Below, one piece after another: positions 7,347 to 16,963 of a stretch of DNA of 64,000 nucleotides. Numbering within the stretch: the first letter of the stretch is position 1; every line of letters starts with the position of its first letter. Origin of the DNA: a virus (lineage: Duplodnaviria > Caudoviricetes); the IMG/VR virus record IMGVR_UViG_3300037418_002332. One strand, 5' to 3'. Made by a program: the position numbers and the translations under genes. Below the pieces are notes generated by a model, which was given only the letters and a program-made list of their open reading frames with translations, was not told the origin of the DNA and did no database searches.

Positions 7347-9392
7347 GTGCTTTATAATGTCGAAAAGAAGAACGTTGTTTCTTCTGGTGAAATTTCCACC
7401 CGCAAAATCACTCTTTCAGCTAATGCCAAGGCTTTCCGTCTGTTGTTCGGTCAGATGTATCCGGACATTAAGAAGGCTATCGTTCGTGAGCTCTTCACGA
7501 ACGCTTGGGACAGCCAGAAGAATGCTGGAACTCTGGACACTCCGATCCAGATTCATATCCCTACGAATTGGGAACCGTATTTTTCTATCCGTGATTTCGG
7601 CACCGGCATGTTGCCTTCGGTGGTTGATCAAATCTATTCCAGGATTTTCGAATCAACCAAGGATGCTTCGAATGATGAAGCCGGCATGTTTGGCATGGGG
7701 TCCAAGACCCCACTAGGTTACGGTGATTCGTTCTCAGTAACGTCATACGTTGACGGGACGTTCTGGTACTATGATATTTACATGGACTCAGACGCTTCTC
7801 CGAACATTTCGCTGAAGGCCACTGGTGAAACTGATGAAGCCGATGGCGTTCTGGTTCAGCTTGGTGTTCAAGAAGCTGACTTTGAAGCTTTCAAACAGCA
7901 TACCGAACACTTTGCTTTGGGCGCCAACACTCCGATTGAAATCAATCGCCAGAAGTACCTGAACAAGAGGGAAATTCTGAAGGCTGGTGACGGCTGGCAG
8001 CTTTATAAGCCGCGCAATAATTATGAAGATGTTGATGTTGCGCAAATTCGTATGGGACCTGTTCTGTATCGTTTGAACATGGCTTATATGAACAGCTATG
8101 CGCCTTCGTCAATGTATGACAAGCGCAATGGTATTTCTACGCTGCTGAAGAAGCCAATCGTGATGGACTTCGATATCGGTGTCTTCAACGTCACTGGTTC
8201 TCGCGAAGATATCATTTACGATCGTGATTCGGTCGCAAAGATTTACGATAAGCTGGCAATTGCTCTTGACGCAATTCGCAAGGATGCGTATGAAGATATT
8301 CAGAACTGCGAAACTTATCGGGATGCGTTCTTCAAGTTGAAGGAATACACTGAATTGGGCTTTGGTCCGACCAAGCCTAAGTACGGTGCGTTGCCTCTGA
8401 CTCAGACTATGGACAAGAAGAAGTTTCCTGGTCTGGAGTTCATGATGAACCCAATCAAGAAGAAGCGTATGGATCGCTTTGAGCCGGCAAGCTATCTTCA
8501 GTTGTACAGTCTGTATGACACAAGCGTTGTGATGAATTATTTCATCGTGGTCCAGAAGGATGCTAAGGTTCAGCGTTTGAACCAGCGTCTGGAAAATCTG
8601 ATGGAACATCTGACTGCTCGAATGTCTTACAAGCGCAATTCGTATTCGTATCGCAATGGCTTCAATTTGATCTATGTTGAATATGAAAAGAAGTCAAACC
8701 TTAACCGGCTGCTTCCTTTCGTTGGCCCGAATGCGATCTTCATTGAACTGGAGGATATTGAGCGCAAGATCAATAAGCGTGGCGCCAAGGTTGCTGGGTC
8801 TGATATGGCCAAGTGGGTCAAGACCTCAATCTATGGCAACGTCGAGATTTCTGATAGTCAGGTTGAGATGGAAGACGACATGTATTATGTCGAAACTGTC
8901 TACAGCAACTTTGAAGCAGATGAAAGCATTATCAAGTCTGCTATTAAGTTTTACAATCTTCAGCCTGATGAAAAGGTTCTTTGCCTCGGCAAATCCCAGC
9001 GTCATCTTGTTGCAAAATACAACTTTGTTGACTTGGTAAAGGAATTCGAGGCTGATCGTCTCAAAATCCGCTACAACAAGGATACAATGAATAAGCATGC
9101 TTATGCATGGGCCAAGAGCGATCGTTCTTTGTCTTCCAATTTGTTTGACTCTGAAGAATTTCAGTCTTATGCGATGTCGGATTATAAGCATGACGAAACA
9201 AACGTTGAGCCTGATTTCAATTATAGCATCAACGAAGACGTGAAAACTGAGTTCCTGGAACTGGTAGAAAAAATTAAAGAAACTTACAAGAAATTCTTTG
9301 ACTCCAAGCCAATTCTCAGGTATATAAGCACTTATGAACTGGCAGAAAATTTTACAGACGTTATGAACACCATCGAGGAGATGTCTAAATGA
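7347..9392 (+). CDS. rIIA: rIIA lysis-inhibition protein
   Basis: N-terminal GHKL/HATPase-like AIVRELFTNAWDS, IRDFGTG, GMFGMGSKTP; directly upstream of rIIB. Confidence 0.88.
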   Translation: MLYNVEKKNVVSSGEISTRKITLSANAKAFRLLFGQMYPDIKKAIVRELFTNAWDSQKNAGTLDTPIQIHIPTNWEPYFSIRDFGTGMLPSVVDQIYSRIFESTKDASNDEAGMFGMGSKTPLGYGDSFSVTSYVDGTFWYYDIYMDSDASPNISLKATGETDEADGVLVQLGVQEADFEAFKQHTEHFALGANTPIEINRQKYLNKREILKAGDGWQLYKPRNNYEDVDVAQIRMGPVLYRLNMAYMNSYAPSSMYDKRNGISTLLKKPIVMDFDIGVFNVTGSREDIIYDRDSVAKIYDKLAIALDAIRKDAYEDIQNCETYRDAFFKLKEYTELGFGPTKPKYGALPLTQTMDKKKFPGLEFMMNPIKKKRMDRFEPASYLQLYSLYDTSVVMNYFIVVQKDAKVQRLNQRLENLMEHLTARMSYKRNSYSYRNGFNLIYVEYEKKSNLNRLLPFVGPNAIFIELEDIERKINKRGAKVAGSDMAKWVKTSIYGNVEISDSQVEMEDDMYYVETVYSNFEADESIIKSAIKFYNLQPDEKVLCLGKSQRHLVAKYNFVDLVKEFEADRLKIRYNKDTMNKHAYAWAKSDRSLSSNLFDSEEFQSYAMSDYKHDETNVEPDFNYSINEDVKTEFLELVEKIKETYKKFFDSKPILRYISTYELAENFTDVMNTIEEMSK

Positions 9393-10543
9393 TTCCTTAT
9401 ACACTTAACGATACGGGCATCACTTTCTTCCTGAAATCTCAGCGGACCTTTGCGAATGATTTCGCTCAGTTTGCTGAACTTGTGAAGGCAGTGATTGCCG
9501 GCGACGTGGCCGCTGTTGACCGCATCGCAAATCCCCGCAAGGTTATTGCGGCTGCTTCGGAAGGCAAGATTGTTATCAGCACCGACGACGAAGTGCTGTT
9601 CAATGGCCAGTCAGTTCCTGACTATCTGGCTCATCGTCTGCTGTCCCACTTCAAGCAGAGCCTTCCTATCGCTCCTCTTTGTGCATTCGCTGAAAAGCTG
9701 ATGGCCAATCCGAACCTGGACGTTCGTGAGGATATGTACAAGTGGCTGGAAGCTGGTCAGATGCCTATCTACGCCGACGGTGACTTCATGGCTTACAAGC
9801 TGGTGAAGGCTGACTTCACCCCAATCCATTCCGGTGGTAAATATGGCCAGGACCAGAGCGTTGGTAAGGTTGTTGAGCAGCCTCGCGAAACTTGTAACGA
9901 AAACCGCAATGACACCTGTTCCAGCGGTCTTCACTTCTGCTCATATTCTTATCTGCCTCACTTCGGTCTTGGCAGCGGCGGATATGTTGTGATTGTTCTC
10001 AAGATCAATCCAAAGGACGTCGTTTCAATCCCAACCGATTACAATCTGGCGAAGGGTCGTACCTGTCGCTTTGAGGTTGTCGATACGGTTGACAAGGATG
10101 TGATCAACGAAACCTTTGGTGGTCGCTTGGTCCTTCACAGCGTTGGCACCTATCAGGCACCAGCTGAAGGCTTCGACGAAAATGAAGTTCAGGAAGGCAA
10201 TACCGATGATCGCGGCGATCGTGCTCGCGAAGCGGTTGAGCGTCTCGGCACCAAGACTGCGGCTGCGGCCGAACTTGGTATTTCCCGTTCAACGCTCACC
10301 CGTTGGTTGGAAATTCCTGCTGTATCAAAAGTTGAAGATACGGCTGCACTTGATGCTGAAGAAGATTTCGACGATCTTGATGACTCATGGGAAGACGACT
10401 CATGGGACGAATACGATGCTGTGGATGAAAAGTCCAATCGTGAAATTGCTGAAGAAGCAATTGAGGAACACGGTACCAAGACCGCAGCTGCTGAGGCTTT
10501 GGGTATTTCCCGGTCAACGCTGACTCGTTGGTTGAATTCTTAA
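9389..10543 (+). CDS. rIIB: rIIB lysis-inhibition protein with two C-terminal HTH repeats
   Basis: GDFMAYKLV, CSSGLHFCSYSYL, INPKDVVSIPTDYN, KGRTCRFEV motifs typical of rIIB. Confidence 0.88.
   Translation: MIPYTLNDTGITFFLKSQRTFANDFAQFAELVKAVIAGDVAAVDRIANPRKVIAAASEGKIVISTDDEVLFNGQSVPDYLAHRLLSHFKQSLPIAPLCAFAEKLMANPNLDVREDMYKWLEAGQMPIYADGDFMAYKLVKADFTPIHSGGKYGQDQSVGKVVEQPRETCNENRNDTCSSGLHFCSYSYLPHFGLGSGGYVVIVLKINPKDVVSIPTDYNLAKGRTCRFEVVDTVDKDVINETFGGRLVLHSVGTYQAPAEGFDENEVQEGNTDDRGDRAREAVERLGTKTAAAAELGISRSTLTRWLEIPAVSKVEDTAALDAEEDFDDLDDSWEDDSWDEYDAVDEKSNREIAEEAIEEHGTKTAAAEALGISRSTLTRWLNS
10247..10540 (+). repeat. two copies of an HTH-coding repeat (GTKTAAA.ELGISRSTLTRWL)
   Basis: Near-identical peptide at about 10247-10310 and 10472-10540, separated by a D/E-rich linker. 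Confidence 0.85.
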
Positions 10544-10553
10544 TCAACCTTTA

Positions 10554-10586
10554 TGGTGGGCTGGATTAACTGGCCCACCAATTTCC
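10554..10586 (+). terminator. putative intrinsic terminator after rIIB
   Basis: TGGTGGGCTGG-attaa-CTGGCCCACCA hairpin followed by attt. Confidence 0.55.
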
Positions 10587-10599
10587 GTAGGAGAGTAAA

Positions 10600-11772
10600 A
10601 TGGCAGGCTTTGAAGTTAAGATTGTGAAGATCGATGATGTTATCGATCACCCAAATGCTGATCGCCTTTCTTTGGTGAAGATCGCTGGCTATTCGGTTGT
10701 TTCCGGTAAGCTGGAGGATGGGTCACATCGTTACAAAGCCGGTGATTTGGTTGCATATGTTCCAGAAAATGCAGTCGTTCCTGAATACCTTTTGAAGAAA
10801 GGTTATTGGAACGATAACGAAAACAAGGGAATGTTGGCTGGTAAGAACGGTGATCGAGTGAAGCCTATAAAGCTTCGCGGCGTCATTTCTGAAGGCATTA
10901 TGTTCCCTGTTACCGATCATGTTGAGCCGACTGGAAACGTTTTGAAAGCAATTGATGGTCCAATGCGTTATGTTGACGGCATTGGTGAAGTCAAGAGCAA
11001 AAAGATCGTTGAAGAAGGCGATGAAGTTTCAGAGTATCTTGGCATCACCAAGTATGAACCTGAAATTCCGGCAACCATGGCTGGAGACGTGATCGGTCGA
11101 ATTGATCTACCAGTGAAGTATGATATCGAAAACATCAAGAAATACGATCGTGTGTTTGATGTGGGTGATGACGTTTACATGACTGAAAAGCTTCATGGAA
11201 CACAAGCTCAATTCGGGTGGCTTCCAAATGGTAATGATCCAGAACTAATCGAAGGCCAGTTCTTCGCAGCGTCCAAAGGCATCGCCTCACAAGGATTGGT
11301 GTTCAAGGATACTGAACAGAACCGAACCGCAAATCTTTATGTCAAGACTTTGATCAGTATGATCGACAAAATCAAAATGCTAAAGGATTTTGCATCAGAA
11401 ACGTCCAAGGTTGTATTGTTTGGTGAAATCTTCGGCAAGGGAATTCAAGACCTTGGCTACAATGAAGACAAGCCAACATTCCGAGTGTTTGATATCTGGA
11501 TGGATGGTTCATTCTTGGACTTCAATGATTTGATGCGGATTTGCGATTACGCAGAGATTCCTATGGTGCCAATTCTTTATGTTGGTCAATTCACATGGGA
11601 AGATCTAAAGCGTGAGACAGCCGGCAAGTCTAAACTGGGTGGAACTCACATTCGTGAAGGCGTCGTTGTTAAACCTTTGAAGGAACGCACTAACGAATGG
11701 ATTGGCCGTGTCATTCTGAAGTCAATCTCAGATGAGTATCTTGGTCGAAAGAACGGAACAGAGTACAACTAA
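10600..11772 (+). CDS. RNA ligase, DRB0094-type with N-terminal OB/tRNA-binding-like module
   Basis: HPNADRLSL N-terminus; motif I TEKLHGT; FGEIFG, FRVFDI, REGVVVK, ILKSIS. Confidence 0.85.
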   Translation: MAGFEVKIVKIDDVIDHPNADRLSLVKIAGYSVVSGKLEDGSHRYKAGDLVAYVPENAVVPEYLLKKGYWNDNENKGMLAGKNGDRVKPIKLRGVISEGIMFPVTDHVEPTGNVLKAIDGPMRYVDGIGEVKSKKIVEEGDEVSEYLGITKYEPEIPATMAGDVIGRIDLPVKYDIENIKKYDRVFDVGDDVYMTEKLHGTQAQFGWLPNGNDPELIEGQFFAASKGIASQGLVFKDTEQNRTANLYVKTLISMIDKIKMLKDFASETSKVVLFGEIFGKGIQDLGYNEDKPTFRVFDIWMDGSFLDFNDLMRICDYAEIPMVPILYVGQFTWEDLKRETAGKSKLGGTHIREGVVVKPLKERTNEWIGRVILKSISDEYLGRKNGTEYN

Positions 11773-11978
11773 TGTGGCTTCCGTTTGAAACTGCACCAAA
11801 GATTGAAGGTCAACGGATACTTGCTTGGTGCAATCCAGCTGAAAGTGAATCAGGTATTGTAGAAATGCAATACAACGGTAAACATTGGATTCAAGTTATT
11901 GATCATCCTTGGCCAAATGCCTGTATGTGTCCTGCATATTGGACACATACAATTGCTCCTCCAACAAGGGAAGAATGA
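11772..11978 (+). CDS. DUF551-like small protein
   Basis: W.P.ETAPK...ILAW...P.YW pattern. Confidence 0.55.
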   Translation: MWLPFETAPKIEGQRILAWCNPAESESGIVEMQYNGKHWIQVIDHPWPNACMCPAYWTHTIAPPTREE

Positions 11979-11979
11979 T

Positions 11980-12111
11980 ATGTATGTCCATATTCTATTT
12001 TTGATTCCTGTATTGGTTCTTGGCTTCATCCTCGGTGCTTTGTGGATGGCAAGAGAAACCAACATAGCAACGAATAAAATTTTGGATGCCTTGAATAAAT
12101 CTTGGAAATAA
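11980..12111 (+). CDS. small membrane protein
   Basis: MYVHILFLIPVLVLGFILGALWM hydrophobic helix; start moved to ATG 11980. Confidence 0.55.
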   Translation: MYVHILFLIPVLVLGFILGALWMARETNIATNKILDALNKSWK

Positions 12112-12171
12112 ACTAATCTTTAACTTCTTCAGGCTATAATGATTATAGTGAATAACCTGATGGAGAGTTAA

Positions 12172-12249
12172 ATGGAAATGCCTAGTGTTCGTGACGTGGT
12201 TGCTTTTGTTATGATTTTCGGGTTCATTGGGTTCATGTGTATGTTATAA
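12172..12249 (+). CDS. 25-aa hydrophobic peptide (not in ORF track)
   Basis: ggagag RBS, MEMPSVRDVVAFVMIFGFIGFMCML*, TATAAT at 12135 upstream. Confidence 0.4.
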   Translation: MEMPSVRDVVAFVMIFGFIGFMCML

Positions 12250-12265
12250 TAATGAAAGGAAAATT

Positions 12266-12529
12266 ATGTCAGAAGATACCACTACAACTGCGCCTGCTGG
12301 AAATAGTCAAATAACCAGCACTGTTCTGAAGGGTTATGTGAATCGAATTGAAAACCTTGAAGATCAGAAAAAAGAAATCGGCACAGATATCAAGGACGTT
12401 TACAATGAAGCCGCGAACGAAGGCTTCGATAAGAAGGCTTTGAGAGAAGTTATTCGTCGTCGTCGCAAGACTCGCGCTGAAATTGAAGACCTTGAAAATA
12501 TGGTTGACGTTTACGAATCAGCACTTTAA
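12266..12529 (+). CDS. gapR: GapR/DUF2312 (T4 DsbA-like) DNA-binding protein
   Basis: LKGYVNRIENLEDQKKEIGTDIKDVYNEA...GFDKKALREVIRRR...VYESAL matches the GapR pattern. Confidence 0.85.
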   Translation: MSEDTTTTAPAGNSQITSTVLKGYVNRIENLEDQKKEIGTDIKDVYNEAANEGFDKKALREVIRRRRKTRAEIEDLENMVDVYESAL

Positions 12530-12536
12530 TTTATTG

Positions 12537-12569
12537 AGTTGCCGTTCTTCACTGGACGGCAACTTTTTT
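12537..12569 (+). terminator. intrinsic terminator
   Basis: AGTTGCCGT...ACGGCAACT stem followed by a T-run. Confidence 0.8.
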
Positions 12570-12628
12570 ATTGACTTCTTTGAATGAATCACGTATACAT
12601 ATTGAAAATATTTGAGGATTTTTCATTC

Positions 12629-13576
12629 ATGTTTTTAATTGGTTCCCGCGCTGCCGTTGAGCGTGGTCTCAAACTCAATCGTCCAGTTGACCAATCAGAT
12701 TGGGATATCATTGGCACAAAAGCTGAGATGGATTTTTTCCTTCTTAGATGGAAAGATGCCAAGGTCAAGGAATCAGGATTTCCTGGTAAATATCATATCA
12801 CCTTGCCGACTGGCATTAAAATTGAATTTGATGCAACCAACAATTTGAGCAATCATCTTTTAAACGCTCAACTGAATTCATGCAAGCCTGTTACAGTCAA
12901 AATCGAAGATTTCAAAGTTTTGTTTTTTGTTCCGTCACAGGAAACTTTATTTCAAATCAAACGTTCACATGCTAACTTTGATGTTCATTTCATGAAGACC
13001 ATCATGGATGTAAGAGCCATGATGAAGCAATGGAATATCACTGATCCAGCTGCTGAACGTCAGCATAACTTCTATCATGCTCGTCATGATGAAGCAAAAG
13101 CAAGATTTGGCAAACGGCAGGAACGAATCAAACTTGCTAAAACTAATGAAGCATTTTTCAAAGGTGGTGAAAAGCTTCGCACCTATGTTCATGATGATTT
13201 ACACCGAGCAGTGGCTTCAGAAGATCGACCATTGTTTGAGAAATGCAAGGTGGATTTGGAAAGTGCGTTTGTGTCGAAGGATATTTTCTTCAACAAATTC
13301 ACTCAAGAACAGCGCTTGAATATGGCTATGGAAGAATCAATGGTCATTGCGTTGGAACGGGAATATATTCCAAACCGCAAGGAAGGTCAACTTCCAACGG
13401 AACGTATGGCGTTGGATATGTATCGCAAAGGCATGTTGAAAGAAATCAAAGACCTATCAAAAGGATGGTTTCAAGATTTCATGATCGACAATATTTTGGA
13501 ATTGGAAAAGCCAAAGTGGAATTATATCGAAAGATTTGAAACTGCATTGGCTGACGGAAGGATTAGAACAGTATGA
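12629..13576 (+). CDS. Pol beta-superfamily nucleotidyltransferase-like phage protein
   Basis: N-terminal LIGSRA...SDWDII (GS..DxD); YVHDDLH; start moved to ATG 12629. Confidence 0.6.
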   Translation: MFLIGSRAAVERGLKLNRPVDQSDWDIIGTKAEMDFFLLRWKDAKVKESGFPGKYHITLPTGIKIEFDATNNLSNHLLNAQLNSCKPVTVKIEDFKVLFFVPSQETLFQIKRSHANFDVHFMKTIMDVRAMMKQWNITDPAAERQHNFYHARHDEAKARFGKRQERIKLAKTNEAFFKGGEKLRTYVHDDLHRAVASEDRPLFEKCKVDLESAFVSKDIFFNKFTQEQRLNMAMEESMVIALEREYIPNRKEGQLPTERMALDMYRKGMLKEIKDLSKGWFQDFMIDNILELEKPKWNYIERFETALADGRIRTV

Positions 13577-13746
13577 TACTCGAATTGCTTTCAGTTAAGT
13601 TTTGGATTATTGCTTTATATGCTGTAAATGTTGGATTGTTTCCTCCATCAGAAGTCAAGTGCGTCATGGTTGTTGACAACAAATGTGCAATGTATGAAGT
13701 CAACCCAGACGGCTGGAATACAAACGCTGAGGGAGAAGTGAATTGA
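13573..13746 (+). CDS. small hypothetical protein (not in ORF track)
   Basis: 57 aa MILELLSVKFWIIALYAV..., fills the gap with ATGA overlaps. Confidence 0.45.
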   Translation: MILELLSVKFWIIALYAVNVGLFPPSEVKCVMVVDNKCAMYEVNPDGWNTNAEGEVN

Positions 13747-14129
13747 GAAATGAAATTGATGTTGCTAACTTGCTAGGCATTCAGGTCGAAGACGAAGATG
13801 ATCGTTATGACCTTGGTTATGAATTTGCCAGTTGGTTGGTTCAACGTGATGGTTCGTATACATACTCAATCAAAAGATTGGGTATTGATTTGAAACAATA
13901 TAACGATCGGTTTGTGCAAATCGCTGAATATCGTGATGCTGGAGATTATGCGTATTCCGGTACAGTCCACTGGGTGTTTGTGGATAAAGAAACACAAATT
14001 AATTATATGGTCACAGCTTCAGCTGATTCCTGGGATGACGACGGTGCAATGGGTGAGGATTATTCATTCGATATCGTCTATCCAAAGGAAGTGACTAAGA
14101 CCATTTATGTTACAGAGGACAAGTTATGA
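13743..14129 (+). CDS. acidic protein, D-S-W...V.P family
   Basis: SADSWDD...IVYPKEVTKTIY. Confidence 0.6.
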   Translation: MRNEIDVANLLGIQVEDEDDRYDLGYEFASWLVQRDGSYTYSIKRLGIDLKQYNDRFVQIAEYRDAGDYAYSGTVHWVFVDKETQINYMVTASADSWDDDGAMGEDYSFDIVYPKEVTKTIYVTEDKL

Positions 14130-14494
14130 ATTTATCAACACTAATTGAACTATGCCGACCAGGAGATTTGGCTGAATGGGTCTATGGCGAAGATGACCAA
14201 GATGATCCTGCACATCCTGACAGAATTGAGAAAGATGTTCTCAAACAATATGAATTGATCGATGAAGATGCAGTTTTTGATGGAAGCATTTCTTCCTCAA
14301 ATGGAGTTGACAACAGTTTTGTTTTCAGAAATAAACAAACCGGAACTTTGTATCGTGTGACAACTCCGCATGATTCATGGTGCGATTATTTGCCTGAAGC
14401 TTTCGATGGTGCAAAAATTGAAATTGTTCAACCAAAGAAAGTTGTAATTGATACATATGAAAAGATCGGAACTGCTGATCTTATTGAATTGTGA
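14126..14494 (+). CDS. acidic protein, D-S-W...V.P family
   Basis: PHDSWCD...IVQPKKVVIDTYE. Confidence 0.65.
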   Translation: MNLSTLIELCRPGDLAEWVYGEDDQDDPAHPDRIEKDVLKQYELIDEDAVFDGSISSSNGVDNSFVFRNKQTGTLYRVTTPHDSWCDYLPEAFDGAKIEIVQPKKVVIDTYEKIGTADLIEL

Positions 14495-14509
14495 TTGGAG
14501 GATTTTGCT

Positions 14510-15589
14510 ATGACAACTGGACTTGAAGTAATCTTTTCATTTGACACGACGGGTTCAATGGCGCCATGTATTGGTGAAGTTCGTAAGAATATGGAAGCTG
14601 CATTTGCTCCTTTGTTCAAGGAACTTCCAAACCTGAAGATCGGTCTAGTCGCTCATGGTGACTATTGTGATCGTGGTCGTACATATGTTACCAAGTGGCA
14701 ACCACTTACCAATGATCTGTATACGCTGACTCAGTTCGTGCGAAATACAGGTTCAACCGGTGGTGGAGATATGCCTGAGTGCTACGAATTGGTTCTTCGT
14801 GAAGCTCAGTCTCAGAATTGGACTGCAGATTCAAAGAAAGTTCTGGTTGTGATTGGTGACGCTGTTCCTCATGACGTCAGTTATCCAGACAACAAGTTGC
14901 GTTTGGATTGGAAGCAGGAATCAGTCAAGCTCAAGGATATGGGAATTCAAATCTACTCAGTCCAGGCACTTGGTCGTGGTTATTCTGATTCGTTCTACGC
15001 AACAATGGCAGGCATCACTGGTGGTCTTCATCTCAAATTGGCTCAGTTTCAGGAAATTGTTGACCTGTTGATTGCTATTGCTTATCAGCAAGACAGTCCA
15101 GAAAAGCTGGATGCTTGGGAACAAAGAATTGCTGATGCAAAGCGCATGAGCCGTTCATTGGATAACAACTTCCGTATCCTTTCTGGCAAGGCTGCAACAG
15201 CCCCAGGACGTTACGATTCATATACGACTGGTGGTCTGGTTCCAGTCAATCCTGGTCGTTTCCAAATTCTTGACGTTGATCATGATGTTGATATCAAAGG
15301 ATTTGTCACCGCCAATGATCTGATCTTCAATCTTGGTCGTGGTTTCTATCAGTTCACTAAGACTGAAGAAGTTCAGGAAAAGAAAGAAGTCGTGTTGCGC
15401 GATAAATATACAGGTGACATGTTCACTGGTAATGAGGCACGCAACATGATCGGTGTTCCATACGGAACTCGCGACCGTTTGAAGCCAACGGCTCTTGGCA
15501 AGTATGATATTTTTGTACAATCGACTTCAGTCAATCGTAAACTCAAAAGTGGAACCAAGTTCCTTTACGAAGTGGCTGACGACAGATAA
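14510..15589 (+). CDS. von Willebrand factor A (vWA) domain protein with C-terminal extension
   Basis: MIDAS-type FSFDTTGSM, GGGDMPECYE, VIGDAVPH; ggagg RBS. Confidence 0.85.
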   Translation: MTTGLEVIFSFDTTGSMAPCIGEVRKNMEAAFAPLFKELPNLKIGLVAHGDYCDRGRTYVTKWQPLTNDLYTLTQFVRNTGSTGGGDMPECYELVLREAQSQNWTADSKKVLVVIGDAVPHDVSYPDNKLRLDWKQESVKLKDMGIQIYSVQALGRGYSDSFYATMAGITGGLHLKLAQFQEIVDLLIAIAYQQDSPEKLDAWEQRIADAKRMSRSLDNNFRILSGKAATAPGRYDSYTTGGLVPVNPGRFQILDVDHDVDIKGFVTANDLIFNLGRGFYQFTKTEEVQEKKEVVLRDKYTGDMFTGNEARNMIGVPYGTRDRLKPTALGKYDIFVQSTSVNRKLKSGTKFLYEVADDR

Positions 15590-15598
15590 GGATTTAAA

Positions 15599-15952
15599 AT
15601 GGCAGATTTAGAAGCTTACAAGTCACTGGCCGCATTTTTGAATAAAGATGAAGTGGCCAGTGACGATATGATGAATGTGGTCCAATTGGGCTACAGAAAA
15701 AATGAAATCGTTTTCAATTATAACAATGTCGATTACGATTTGGCCAGTGATTGGGATGATGAAATTCATCGTTATGATGAAGACAAACCTCAATATTGGT
15801 TTTGGCAATTTGACAAAAAGGACGAATACGCAATTTTCGTCGAAGGATATTATGATTCATGGGCTGGCTCAGAATTGTCAGAACACGAATACAAGGTCGG
15901 TAAGGTGATTCCTCATGTTGTCACATACACTGGCTTTGAAGAAATCAATTAA
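15599..15952 (+). CDS. acidic protein, D-S-W...V.P family
   Basis: YYDSWAG...KVIPHVVTYTGFE. Confidence 0.65.
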   Translation: MADLEAYKSLAAFLNKDEVASDDMMNVVQLGYRKNEIVFNYNNVDYDLASDWDDEIHRYDEDKPQYWFWQFDKKDEYAIFVEGYYDSWAGSELSEHEYKVGKVIPHVVTYTGFEEIN

Positions 15953-15961
15953 AGGGGTCCA

Positions 15962-16147
15962 ATGGGAGTAGAATATAGCGAAGGCTACAAACAACGAGCT
16001 CGAGAACGTCTCGAACAACTCGAATCAATGATGACACCAAAAGCTTTGGAATTTTCCAAACTTGTGTCTGAAGCCTTCGATAGAGCCGGTGTCACCACTT
16101 ATTATGGTTTTGACAAAGAAGAGAAGAGAAAATCTAAGGAAAAATAG
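15962..16147 (+). CDS. hypothetical protein
   Basis: 61 aa, agggg RBS. Confidence 0.5.
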   Translation: MGVEYSEGYKQRARERLEQLESMMTPKALEFSKLVSEAFDRAGVTTYYGFDKEEKRKSKEK

Positions 16148-16150
16148 CTC

Positions 16151-16179
16151 TTTACTTTGAATCTTGCGCCATATATAAG
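16151..16179 (+). promoter_or_regulatory. early promoter (weaker match)
   Basis: TTTACT-N17-TATAAG. Confidence 0.5.
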
Positions 16180-16215
16180 TGATACGTACTCTCTAACAAT
16201 TAAATGGTGCACAAT

Positions 16216-16824
16216 ATGTCAATAAACTTAAGAACCCTTGTTCTAAACCCAAACTTCATGCCTGTTTCTGTCTTCCCAGATCTTTACACGATCCCGGTTG
16301 AGGAATCAATTGCGCGTTATCTGAACGGCAATGCGGAAGTTGTGTTTTGGCACGATCGTTTTGTTTTGACACCATCGCGCCATGATTTGAGATGGCCATC
16401 AGTCATCATCAATAACAACACGCGTTCCTTCAAGAAAGAAATCAAGCTGAAGCGAAGCACTCTTTATTACAGAGACCACTGTCAGTGTGTTTACTGTAAT
16501 CGAGACATGAGCATCCACGAAATTACTTACGACCACGTTATGCCAAAAATCCGTGGTGGTGAGCACAAGTGGGAAAACGTCTCATTGGCTTGTAAGGAAT
16601 GTAATTCAAAGAAGGGTGACTCATTGCCAGTCGGTAAGTGGGAGCCAAAGCGAAAGCCATACACTCCTACTTTCTTTGACTTGCTTGAAAAGAGAAAGAA
16701 ATTTCCGATCTATGTCGATGATGAAAATTGGAAGCAATTTTTGCCAGGTTTCACCAACTTTGTTCTTCGGACCAACAAATTCAAGGTGGTTGCGAATGAA
16801 AACGAAATGGAAGATGCTGCTTAA
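16216..16824 (+). CDS. HNH endonuclease (McrA/HNH_5 type)
   Basis: RTLVLN, RDHCQCVYC, TYDHVMP..RGG.H.WENV.LAC..CN..KG. Confidence 0.88.
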   Translation: MSINLRTLVLNPNFMPVSVFPDLYTIPVEESIARYLNGNAEVVFWHDRFVLTPSRHDLRWPSVIINNNTRSFKKEIKLKRSTLYYRDHCQCVYCNRDMSIHEITYDHVMPKIRGGEHKWENVSLACKECNSKKGDSLPVGKWEPKRKPYTPTFFDLLEKRKKFPIYVDDENWKQFLPGFTNFVLRTNKFKVVANENEMEDAA

Positions 16825-16963
16825 GAATTCACTTGTAATTCTTTTGCTACTTTCAGGCTTATATGTGGCGTGGACCAGTAATCTAAACTGGCCCACGTCC
16901 AGTTTAATGACTGCTATTTTTGGCATATGGATATTCAATCTCATTGTGGAGATAATTGATTGA
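16814..16963 (+). CDS. small two-helix membrane protein
   Basis: 49 aa hydrophobic tail of track ORF 16553, starting at ATG 16814. Confidence 0.5.
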   Translation: MLLKNSLVILLLLSGLYVAWTSNLNWPTSSLMTAIFGIWIFNLIVEIID

